The notes under the pieces are model-generated. The model saw only the letters and a list, made by a program, of their open reading frames with translations, was not told where the DNA came from and made no database searches. From an uncultured Chloroflexia bacterium (GTDB lineage: Bacteria; Chloroflexota; Limnocylindria; Limnocylindrales; CSP1-4), in the NCBI GenBank assembly GCA_963712745.1, contig CAVQJC010000020.1, positions 320,001-384,000 of the forward strand: 64,000 nt of DNA, in the 5' to 3' direction. Both the position numbers and the translations under genes were made by a program. Of this stretch, positions 37,689-46,082 are shown in pieces; the first letter of the stretch is position 1; every line of letters starts with the position of its first letter.

Positions 37689-40600
37689 TCAGCCCGAGAG
37701 GGACAGGCCCAATTCGGCCAGCGTGCTCTCGTAGTTGGAGCGTGCCGAGGTCGCGGCCGCCTTGTCGCCGGCGGCGTCGCGGGCCTCGATGAGCGTTCGC
37801 CACAACGGATCGTGGAAGCGGTCGCGGGCCAGGCCATCCACGCACACCGTCGCGGCCGCCGCAGGGTCTCCCCGCTCGAGCAGCGCGCGCGCAAGCATGG
37901 CGGCGGCCTCGACCGCCTCCGCCCGAGCAGACTCCCGCCGACCCACGATCCAGTCTTCGGGTCCGGCCTCGGGGATGAGCTCCCCGCGACACCGCTCCAG
38001 CGCCGTCTGGCTCCAGCGCTCCACGTCATCCCGGTCACCGCGGATGAGAGCGGCCCGGGCCGCGGCCAGCGCCTCCTCGAAACCCACCAGGTCGATGAGC
38101 GCGCCCGGCGGCAGGGCCAGGCGATAGCCGTCCGCGTCCCGCGGCACCAGTCGGAAGCCCCCGCGCGAAGCTCCTGGCTCGAGCACGCGGCGCAGCGTGG
38201 CGATGGCTACGTGCAGGTTGCGTGCCGCCGCATCCGGGTCGGAGCCGGGCCAGAGCGTCTCCATGATGGTCTCGCGATGGACCACCCGCCCGGCCTCGAG
38301 CGCCAGCAGGTAGAGCAACGTGCGCACGCGCGGCCGGATGGCGTTGAGATCCACCGGCTCGCCCCCGATCTCGAGGCGGAATGACCCGAACAACGCCAAT
38401 CGCGCCGGAGGCTCCGGGGCCGGCTGTGGCGATGACTCGTTGGCGGTCACGTCGTCCGAGCGGGGCGTCGTCTTGCGCGCGGCCGCATCGGCAGCCGCGA
38501 TGGCCGGGACCCGCAGTCCATAGCCGGGCAGGACCTGTCCGGCCAGCCGCTCGGCCTCTGCCTTGTCGCCCCGTGCGAGCGCGCTGGCCAGTCGCGCTAC
38601 CAACCCCGGAAGCGGCGCTGCCGACGATCGCGCGAGCTGCTCGGCCTCACGGGCCGTGGCCGCTGCGCTGGGGACAACTGTCCAAGCCTCGGCCAGCGCC
38701 ACCACGGCCGCCATCCAGGCCTCCAGTTCGGTGGCTTCGAGGCTGTGCAGTGTCGTGCGCGCTTCGGCCGCGAGGGTGGCCGCGTCGAACCGGTCGTCGA
38801 GGTCGGCGGACCGGGCCCTCGCCACCAGCACACCCCAGGCACGTGCCGCGCGCGCCAGGACCGCGCCCCAGCGGTCGCCAAGTGCCCGGGCCGTGTCTTC
38901 CAGGCGTGCGGCCTCGTGCAGGTGGTCGATACGACCGCTCAGCGCCAGGAGTGAGCGCCCCAGCCGGGCCAGCCACTCGAGGCCCTGTCCCTCGGCGGAC
39001 CCGATGGCGCCGTTGAGGTCGACCACGCCCTCTTCGTCACCACCGAGCAGGGCCAGCACGCCGCGCGTGGCCTGGGCAGCGCAGGCGACAGGACCCTCCG
39101 TGCCGCTGTCCTCCTCCAGTCGCGCCAACTGCCGGCGAGCGGCGAGCAGGTCGCCGCCGAGGATGAGGATCAGCGCCTCCACCAGTCCGGCCATCGCGCC
39201 GCTGCCGTCGAGGTACCGCTGCGCCGTACCGGGACCGCCGGTCACGGCCAGCCTCAGCACAGCCCATGGCGCCGTCCCCGGCGCGGGTCGCCAGCCGGGA
39301 TCCGGATGCAGCCAGGTGAGCAGCTCGGCACGCTCTCGACGGGCAGCTCCCGCGGCGGCCTCGCTTCGGACGTCTGCCGCCAGGGCACCGTAGGCTTTGG
39401 CAGCCTCGCCGAAGCGGCCTTCGGAGCGAAGCCTGCGCGCGCCGGCCAGCGCCAGCCAGGGATCGTGGCCGAGCGGTTCCTGGGCGTGGATCCCCAGCCA
39501 GCGCAAGGGCTCTTCAGCGATGGCTGGGCCCTCGTCACTGAGGATCTGCGCCACCATGTCCCAGGCCTCGGCGCGGATGTACGCCTCCAGCGCCTCCGCG
39601 GGCGTACCCTCCCCGGCCAGCAGATCGCCGGCAGCCACGAACCGAGCCCTGGCGCCTTCCTCACCGACCTCGCTTACCAGCACGCCCTGGAGATGGGAGC
39701 GGAAGACCTCGTGGTAGCGATAGCTGCCGGATTCATCGACACGAGTCGTGAACAGACAGCGCCGCTCCAGGTCCTCGAGGATGGCACCGCTGCCGGTGCG
39801 GCCGAGCAGCCGGTCACAGATGTGGGCGCTGAGCCGCCCCGAGACGGAGGTATGGACCATGAACCCCCGCAGCTCGTCAGGCACACGATCGAGCGCGTTC
39901 TGAGCCAGGTATTCGCGCGCCAGCCGGCTGCGAGGACCCAGCGAGCTGAGCACTCGCCGTCGCTCGTCGGCCGGCCGCCCGTGCGTGGCCAGGTGGAACA
40001 GCTGCAGGCCGGCGGCCCAGCCCTCGGTCCAGCGCGCCAGGCGCGCCAGCTCTTCGGGCGCCATGGGCTCGTGGTAGTGGTCGCGGAAGAGACGCTCTAC
40101 CTCCCACGTGCGTAGGCGTAGGTCGTCGGCGTCGATCTCGAGGAGCTCACCGGACAGGCGCAGCCGCGAAAGGTTGAAGGCCGGCTGCGTGCGCGACGCC
40201 GCCAGCACGTGCAAGCCCGCCGGCAGGTGATCGAGCAGCCGCTCGAGTGTCGCTTCGGCGGGGCTGCCCTCGAGCGCGTGCAAGTCGTCGATGACGAGGA
40301 GGGCTCGGGCCGGATCCCAGGCCTCCAACCCGGTGAGCAGGTCGTCGATGTCGGTCCAGGCTGCCGAGCGGCCTTCGGTCCAGGGCTCCAGGGCGCCGGC
40401 CAGCTGGGCCACGCATGCGGTGGGCGTCGTGTCCCAGCGATCACAGCGGACCCAGGCCACCGGCGCGTCGACGCCCTCGGCGAAGCGTGCCATGAGCGTT
40501 GTCTTGCCACTGCCGGGCGGTGCCACCACCAGCGCCAGGCGGTGGTCCCAGATCGTCTCCAGACGGGCGTTGAGGCGCTCCACCGGCATCGAGCCGTTTC

Positions 40601-40721
40601 GAGGCAGGGCAGCCTGGAGCCGTGCCCGGCCTGGCGGCGGTCCCCCGTTCTGCGAATGCTTCGCCCGTGACAACGGACTGGTCTCTCGATCGACTGCACG
40701 CGTGGGTGGGTGAGCCGTCAT
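37689..40721 (-). CDS. Large ATP-binding regulator: MalT-like STAND NTPase with C-terminal winged HTH + BTAD (SARP) module
   Basis: Walker A APPGSGKTT, Walker B LVIDDLH, TEGWAAGLQL, YRYHEVFR, C-terminal LFGSFRL..LLYLL..LWP..NLHVAI..LRRVL. Confidence 0.9.
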   Translation of the reverse strand: MTAHPPTRAVDRETSPLSRAKHSQNGGPPPGRARLQAALPRNGSMPVERLNARLETIWDHRLALVVAPPGSGKTTLMARFAEGVDAPVAWVRCDRWDTTPTACVAQLAGALEPWTEGRSAAWTDIDDLLTGLEAWDPARALLVIDDLHALEGSPAEATLERLLDHLPAGLHVLAASRTQPAFNLSRLRLSGELLEIDADDLRLRTWEVERLFRDHYHEPMAPEELARLARWTEGWAAGLQLFHLATHGRPADERRRVLSSLGPRSRLAREYLAQNALDRVPDELRGFMVHTSVSGRLSAHICDRLLGRTGSGAILEDLERRCLFTTRVDESGSYRYHEVFRSHLQGVLVSEVGEEGARARFVAAGDLLAGEGTPAEALEAYIRAEAWDMVAQILSDEGPAIAEEPLRWLGIHAQEPLGHDPWLALAGARRLRSEGRFGEAAKAYGALAADVRSEAAAGAARRERAELLTWLHPDPGWRPAPGTAPWAVLRLAVTGGPGTAQRYLDGSGAMAGLVEALILILGGDLLAARRQLARLEEDSGTEGPVACAAQATRGVLALLGGDEEGVVDLNGAIGSAEGQGLEWLARLGRSLLALSGRIDHLHEAARLEDTARALGDRWGAVLARAARAWGVLVARARSADLDDRFDAATLAAEARTTLHSLEATELEAWMAAVVALAEAWTVVPSAAATAREAEQLARSSAAPLPGLVARLASALARGDKAEAERLAGQVLPGYGLRVPAIAAADAAARKTTPRSDDVTANESSPQPAPEPPARLALFGSFRLEIGGEPVDLNAIRPRVRTLLYLLALEAGRVVHRETIMETLWPGSDPDAAARNLHVAIATLRRVLEPGASRGGFRLVPRDADGYRLALPPGALIDLVGFEEALAAARAALIRGDRDDVERWSQTALERCRGELIPEAGPEDWIVGRRESARAEAVEAAAMLARALLERGDPAAAATVCVDGLARDRFHDPLWRTLIEARDAAGDKAAATSARSNYESTLAELGLSLSG

Positions 40722-40779
40722 TGTGAGACCGCGCCGCCGAGCAGTCCAGCCTCTTTGTGCGCGGGCCCGCGTGCCGACA

Positions 40780-40806
40780 TGCCCTTTAGGGCAGTCGCCG
40801 CTGCCT
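40780..40806. promoter_or_regulatory. Perfect palindromic operator TGCCC-TTTA-GGGCA plus a half-site 22 bp downstream
   Basis: Sites at 40780-40793 and TGCCT at 40802, between the divergent regulator and DUF4157 genes. Confidence 0.65.
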
Positions 40807-40862
40807 CCGACGTCGCCTGCAGGGACCTACCGCCGGACCCAGCGCACGCGCATCCTCGTCCC

Positions 40863-42053
40863 ATGTCGCGACACGACCTGGAGCGGATGGCGGCCGAGTC
40901 CAAGCGCGCCACGAAGCCCCACCACAAACCAACCCCCGAGGACGCCGACCGGGAACCCGGTGCGGACCTACGCAGCGCCGTCGGCAACGCCGGCATGGGC
41001 CGCCTGCTGGACCCGTCGGTCGGCAGCATCATCGAGGCCGAGCTCGGCGGCGGCAAGCCGCTGGCAACGACCCCCGGAGCACAGCGCTCCGCGCGCCGTG
41101 CGGACGACGATGTGCGCATCCACGATGACGGAACTGCCGCGCAGCTCAGCCGCGAGTTGGGTGCTGTGGCTTTCACCTACGGGCGGGACGTGTTCCTGGC
41201 CGGCAACGCCCCGGACCTGGGCAGTGAGGCAGGCCGGGCCATGCTCCGACACGAGCTCACGCACGTCGATCAGCAGGCGGAATCCGGCACCACGCGCCCG
41301 AAACGGGTGAGTTCCCCCGGCAGTCCGGCCGAGAAACAGGCCACCCGAGCCCAGGCCGGTACGCCCGTGACTGGTGCGGTCGGATCGGCCGGCGCGAGCG
41401 CCGTGCATCGGCAGGAGGAAGAGGAAGAGATGCAGCTGATGCGCGCGGACACCGTGCATCGGCAGGAGGAGCTGCCCGAAGAGGAGCTGGCCACGATGCC
41501 GGCCGACACCGTGCATCGGCAGGAGGAAGAGGAAGAGGAGATGGCCATGGCGATGCCGGCCGACACCGTGCATCGGCAGGAGGAAGAGGAAGAGATGCAG
41601 CTGATGCGCGCGGACACCGTGCATCGGCAGGAGGAGCTGCCCGAAGAGGAGCTGGCCATGATGCCGGCCGAAACCGTGCATCGGCAGGAAGTCGCAGAGC
41701 AGACCACTGCAGCCGCGCCAGCACCCGCGAATGCGGCCCTGGCGGCCCTCTTCAACGGAACGGTGACCGAGAAGCTGCGGACGGCACAGAGCTCCGTGGG
41801 GCAAGAGACGCCCGACTATCAGGCCGCACTCGCCGCCCTGACGGACGCGAGGAACGGTATCCGGGCCGTCGCGGACACGTACAGCGAGAGTGACCCGTCG
41901 CTCTTCACCGAGCTGGCGCTGCTCTACAACTCGACCTCCCTCGCCATCGCCAGGACGGAGCAACGCCTGGGCATCACTTCGGACCAGCCGCTGTCTGGCA
42001 CCATCGGCACTGTCATCAACATGGCTGTGCACGTCGGCCCCACCCTCCACTAG
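40863..42053 (+). CDS. DUF4157 (eCIS core domain) protein with VHRQE-acidic repeats
   Basis: LRSAVGNAGMGRLL, DVRIHDD..AAQL..LGAVAFTYGRDVF, HELTHVDQQ, six VHRQE repeats. Start is 40863 or 40887. Confidence 0.9.
   Translation: MSRHDLERMAAESKRATKPHHKPTPEDADREPGADLRSAVGNAGMGRLLDPSVGSIIEAELGGGKPLATTPGAQRSARRADDDVRIHDDGTAAQLSRELGAVAFTYGRDVFLAGNAPDLGSEAGRAMLRHELTHVDQQAESGTTRPKRVSSPGSPAEKQATRAQAGTPVTGAVGSAGASAVHRQEEEEEMQLMRADTVHRQEELPEEELATMPADTVHRQEEEEEEMAMAMPADTVHRQEEEEEMQLMRADTVHRQEELPEEELAMMPAETVHRQEVAEQTTAAAPAPANAALAALFNGTVTEKLRTAQSSVGQETPDYQAALAALTDARNGIRAVADTYSESDPSLFTELALLYNSTSLAIARTEQRLGITSDQPLSGTIGTVINMAVHVGPTLH
41401..41690 (+). repeat. Coding tandem repeat, ~51-57 bp units (VHRQEEEEE-M-x-M-x-ADT)
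   Basis: Six copies of ccgtgcatcggcagga with variable Glu runs. Confidence 0.92.
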
Positions 42054-42183
42054 GGTCGACCCAACGCATCTGCGCACCTCTGCACCTTGGTGCGGCCACA
42101 GACACGTGGTCCATGGCCTGCATCCTACGGCCCGCCGGTGCGCTAGCCTGAGGGTGCCCTGACACGCACCCAGGAAGCTCCGA

Positions 42184-43140
42184 ATGCCCGACATGACCGC
42201 GCCCCTCAAGCTCGGCGCTGACATCTGGAACCAGTACACCGACTGGCCCTCCTTCAAGGCGGCCCACCTGCGGGCGGAAGAGCTGGGCTATGACTCACTC
42301 TGGACGATGGATCACATCTACCCGCCCTTCGAGCCGTCGGACGGGCCGATCTTCGAGGCCTTCACGGCCATGTCAGCCATCGCCGAGATCACCTCCAGGC
42401 CGTCGATCAGCGTGATGGTGGCCTCCAACACCTATCGCAACCCGGCGATGCTGACCAAGATCGTCACCACCATCGACCACATCAGCGACGGCCGCGCCAT
42501 CCTCGCCATCGGTGCCGGCTGGTCGGAGCATGAGCATCGCGGCTTCGGCCTCGAGTACGGCGAGAGTGTCGGCGAACGGCTGCGCTGGCTGAAGGAGGCC
42601 CTGCCAGTCGTGCGCGGCATGCTCGATGGGACCCAGCCGTCGGCCTCGGGCCCGCATTACCGGATGCGCAACGCCCACAACCAGCCGCCGCCCGTGCAGG
42701 ACCGCATGCAAATCCTCATCGGTGGCAGCGGGCGCAAGGTAACGCTGCGCCTGGTGGCCGAGTATGCCGACATCTGCAACATCGGCGGTTCTCCCTCGAA
42801 GGTGGCCGGGCTGGATGGCGTGCTCATCGAGCACTGCGAGGCGGTCGGCCGCAACGAGAAGGCGATCGAGCGCAGCATCGACGTGGGCGTGCCCACCATC
42901 CGCGACTCGCGCAGCCAGGCGTTCCGCGACCGCAACGCGCTCTTTGCCGCCCAGCAGAGCGAGCCCTGGAAGAACCAGCCCACGGGCACACCCGAGGACG
43001 TCTTCGAGTGGCTCGCTCGCTACGTGGACATCGGGTACCACCACCTCGTCTTCTACTGGCCCGCGCCGTGCGACGAGGAGTCGATGGTGCGCATGGCCAC
43101 CGAGATCCGCCCGCGACTGGAGGCGCTCATAGCGCGCTGA
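42184..43140 (+). CDS. LLM-class (luciferase-like, possibly F420-dependent) oxidoreductase 1
   Basis: GYDSLWTMDH, YRNPAML.K..TIDHISDGR..L.IGAGW, ILIGGSG..TLRLVAEYAD. Confidence 0.92.
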   Translation: MPDMTAPLKLGADIWNQYTDWPSFKAAHLRAEELGYDSLWTMDHIYPPFEPSDGPIFEAFTAMSAIAEITSRPSISVMVASNTYRNPAMLTKIVTTIDHISDGRAILAIGAGWSEHEHRGFGLEYGESVGERLRWLKEALPVVRGMLDGTQPSASGPHYRMRNAHNQPPPVQDRMQILIGGSGRKVTLRLVAEYADICNIGGSPSKVAGLDGVLIEHCEAVGRNEKAIERSIDVGVPTIRDSRSQAFRDRNALFAAQQSEPWKNQPTGTPEDVFEWLARYVDIGYHHLVFYWPAPCDEESMVRMATEIRPRLEALIAR

Positions 43141-43178
43141 GGCACATCCTCACCATCGCGCCGCACCCAAGGACCGAC

Positions 43179-44138
43179 ATGCCCGACATGACCGCCCCAC
43201 TGAAGATGGGTATCAACAGCTGGAACCAGTACAGCGACTGGCCTTCCTTCCTCGCTGCGCAACAGCGCGCCGACCGGCTGGGCTTCGACTCTATCTGGAC
43301 CTGGGATCACCTCTACCCCATCGTCGGCTCACACCAGGGCCCGATATTCGAGGCCTATACCGCCATGGCGGCAGTGGCCAGCATGACCGAGCACGCCAGC
43401 GTCGGCCTGCTGGTGGGAGCCAACACCTTCCGCAACCCGGCACTGGTGGCCAAGATGGTGACGATGCTCGACCACATCAGTGGCGGCCGCGCGGTGCTGG
43501 GCATCGGAGCCGCCTGGTTCGAGACCGAACATCGGGCCTTCGGCATGGAGTTCGGGGAGAGCCCCGGGGAACGTCTTCGCTGGCTGCGCCAGGCGCTGCC
43601 CATCATGCGCGGCATGCTCGACGGCGAGCGCCCCACCGCGGCCGGCCCGCGCTACGACGTCAAGGACGTGCTCAACCTGCCGGCGCCGGTCCAGGACCGC
43701 CTGCCCATCCTCATCGGCGGCTCAGGTCGCAAGGTCACGCTTCGCCTGGTGGCCGAATACGCCGACATGTGCAACCTCGGCGGTGCGCCCGACGACCTGG
43801 CCGAGAAGGACGCGGCGCTGGTGTCCCATTGCGCGGCGGTCGGCCGCGACGAGAAGACCGTCGAGCGCACGGTCGGCATGGGCACGCCCTTCATCCGCGA
43901 CTCGCGCGAGGAGGCCTACACGGTGACCGCCGACGTCTTCGCCGACAACGGCGACGCCAAGACCTGGACAGGCATGCCCATCGGCACGGTCGAGGACGTG
44001 GTCGAGCGCTGCAAACCCTTCCTCGACCAGGGCTACCGCCACCTCATCTTCGGTCACCCCGCGCCGTACGATAGAGAGACCCTCGAGCGGCTGGCCGGCG
44101 AGGTCCGGCCCCAGCTCGAAGCCTACCTGTCCACCTGA
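43179..44138 (+). CDS. LLM-class oxidoreductase 2
   Basis: GFDSIWTWDH, FRNPALVAKM..LDHISGGRAVLGIGAAW, PILIGGSG. Confidence 0.92.
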   Translation: MPDMTAPLKMGINSWNQYSDWPSFLAAQQRADRLGFDSIWTWDHLYPIVGSHQGPIFEAYTAMAAVASMTEHASVGLLVGANTFRNPALVAKMVTMLDHISGGRAVLGIGAAWFETEHRAFGMEFGESPGERLRWLRQALPIMRGMLDGERPTAAGPRYDVKDVLNLPAPVQDRLPILIGGSGRKVTLRLVAEYADMCNLGGAPDDLAEKDAALVSHCAAVGRDEKTVERTVGMGTPFIRDSREEAYTVTADVFADNGDAKTWTGMPIGTVEDVVERCKPFLDQGYRHLIFGHPAPYDRETLERLAGEVRPQLEAYLST

Positions 44139-44161
44139 TCCCCACGCCCGAGGAGCGACCG

Positions 44162-45157
44162 ATGCCGAACATGAACGCGCCCATCAAGCTCGGTGCCAAC
44201 GTCTGGAACCAGTACACCGACTGGCCCGGTTTCCTCGAGGCCATGCTGCTGGCCGAGGACCTGGGCTACGACTCCCTGTTCACCTGGGACCACGTCTATC
44301 CCATCGTGGGCTCATGGGAGGGCCCGGCGCTGGAGACCTACACGGCCATGGCCGCGGTCGCAGCGCAGACCAAGCGGGCCACCATCGGCCACCTGGTCAC
44401 GGCCAATACGTTCCGCAACCCTGCCCTGCTGGCCAAGATGATCACCACCATCGACCACATCAGCGGCGGACGAGCGGTGCTGGGCATCGGCGCAGCCTGG
44501 ATGGAGCCTGAGCACACCGCCTTCGGTCTCGAGTTCGGGGACCGTCCGGGCACGCGCCTGCGCTGGCTGGAGCAGTCGCTCCAGATCATCCGCGGCATGC
44601 TCGCCGGCGAGCGGCCCTCGTCAGCGGAGGACTCGCGCTACGAGGTCAAGGAGGTGCTGAACCTGCCGGCGCCGGTGCAGAAGCGCATCCCCATCCTCAT
44701 CGGCGGTTCGGGACCGAAGGTCACGCTGCGCCTGGTGGCCCAGTACGCCGACATGAACAACCTGGGCAACCTGGTGGGACCCCTCGTCGACTCTGAGCGC
44801 ATCCTGCAGGAGCACTGTGAGCGACTGGGACGGGACGATCGCGAGATCGAGCGCACGGTCGAGCTGCAGCGCGTGGTCATCCGCGACACGCGTGCGGCGG
44901 CCCTGGCACGCGAGGCCGAGCTGCTCGAGTACAACGGCGGTGCCAGGGACGACGAGGTCCGGCCTGGTTCAGCCGGTGTCGACTCCGATCGCATCGTGGC
45001 CGGCAACCCCGAGGAGGTGGCCGAGGAGTTGCGGCCGTACGTCGAGGCTGGCTACCGGCATCTCATCTGCGGCTTCCCACCGCCCTACGACGAGGAGAGC
45101 ATCCGGCGCATGGCGACCGAGGTGCGCCCACGCCTCGAGGCCATGGTGAAGAGCTGA
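44162..45157 (+). CDS. LLM-class oxidoreductase 3
   Basis: GYDSLFTWDH, FRNPALLAKM..IDHISGGRAVLGIGAAW, PILIGGSG. Confidence 0.92.
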   Translation: MPNMNAPIKLGANVWNQYTDWPGFLEAMLLAEDLGYDSLFTWDHVYPIVGSWEGPALETYTAMAAVAAQTKRATIGHLVTANTFRNPALLAKMITTIDHISGGRAVLGIGAAWMEPEHTAFGLEFGDRPGTRLRWLEQSLQIIRGMLAGERPSSAEDSRYEVKEVLNLPAPVQKRIPILIGGSGPKVTLRLVAQYADMNNLGNLVGPLVDSERILQEHCERLGRDDREIERTVELQRVVIRDTRAAALAREAELLEYNGGARDDEVRPGSAGVDSDRIVAGNPEEVAEELRPYVEAGYRHLICGFPPPYDEESIRRMATEVRPRLEAMVKS

Positions 45158-45347
45158 CGAAGACGCAGGTAAGGGCAGGCTAAGGATCGCTCGATAGCCT
45201 GCCAGGGGCGCCCTCGGGACCGGCCGCCAGAGCCGGCCATGGATCCCGGGCGCGCCCCCGTTCGACGACGGTCCACCGTGATCGTGACGGCCGGACAGCC
45301 CGCCGACCATCCCCGCCGCTTCCGCCCGCCGGCAGGAGCGACACGGT

Positions 45348-46064
45348 TTGAACGATGCGATGCCGCAGTGGCGGTCGTTCTCGTCAGATGCACCCGTCCC
45401 GCCTGGCGAGGCCGCGCCGCCGCCCAACCCGGTACCCGGACGACCGGGCAACCGCTGGCTCATCACCGCGCTGGCTGCTCTTCTAGGCCTGGCCGCGAGC
45501 GCCGCGTGCATCGGCGTTCTGGTCCTCCTGCTGACGGTGCCCTCGACGGCTGACCCCATGGGTCAGATCGGGGACCCGCTCGAGGCCGGCGGGGCTGCAT
45601 CCGTGATGACGGAGGCCAGCTCACCGGTCCCGCTGACTCGGATCGTGGTGGATGTCGCCGGCGCCGTGGCCCGGCCCGGCCTGCACCGCTTGTCACCCGG
45701 CGACCGTGTCGGCGACGCCATAGCTGCGGCCGGCGGGTTCGCGCCCCGGGCTGACCTCACCGCGGCCACTCGCGAGCTGAATCTCGCCCAGCCGCTGGCG
45801 GACGGCATGAAAGTACTGGTACCCGAGCTCGGCATCGATCGGGAGACGGGACCGGGCGGACGCGCTGACGACGGGCGCATCGACCTCAACCACGCCGACC
45901 AGGCTGAGCTTGAGTCGCTGCCCGGCATCGGCCCCGTCACCGCCGCCAAGATCCTTGCCGCACGAGGCGAGCGCCGCTTCGAGAGCGTGCAGGACCTGCG
46001 CACGCGGGGGCTCGTGGGCGAGAAGGTCTTCGGCGACATCAGGAGCCTGGTCCACGCGGGATAG
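45348..46064 (+). CDS. comEA: ComEA DNA-binding competence protein (TM, SLBB, HhH)
   Basis: VVDVAGAVARPG..L..GDRV.DAI.AAGG, LNLAQPL.DG, IDLN.A...LESLPGIGP..A.KI. Confidence 0.93.
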   Translation: MNDAMPQWRSFSSDAPVPPGEAAPPPNPVPGRPGNRWLITALAALLGLAASAACIGVLVLLLTVPSTADPMGQIGDPLEAGGAASVMTEASSPVPLTRIVVDVAGAVARPGLHRLSPGDRVGDAIAAAGGFAPRADLTAATRELNLAQPLADGMKVLVPELGIDRETGPGGRADDGRIDLNHADQAELESLPGIGPVTAAKILAARGERRFESVQDLRTRGLVGEKVFGDIRSLVHAG

Positions 46065-46082
46065 CGGGATCGAGCCCCTCGG

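Noticed and set aside
41401-41690. Regularly spaced repeats resembling a CRISPR array
   Set aside because: The units are in-frame multiples of three, the 'spacers' are themselves repeated and encode protein, and there are no cas genes.
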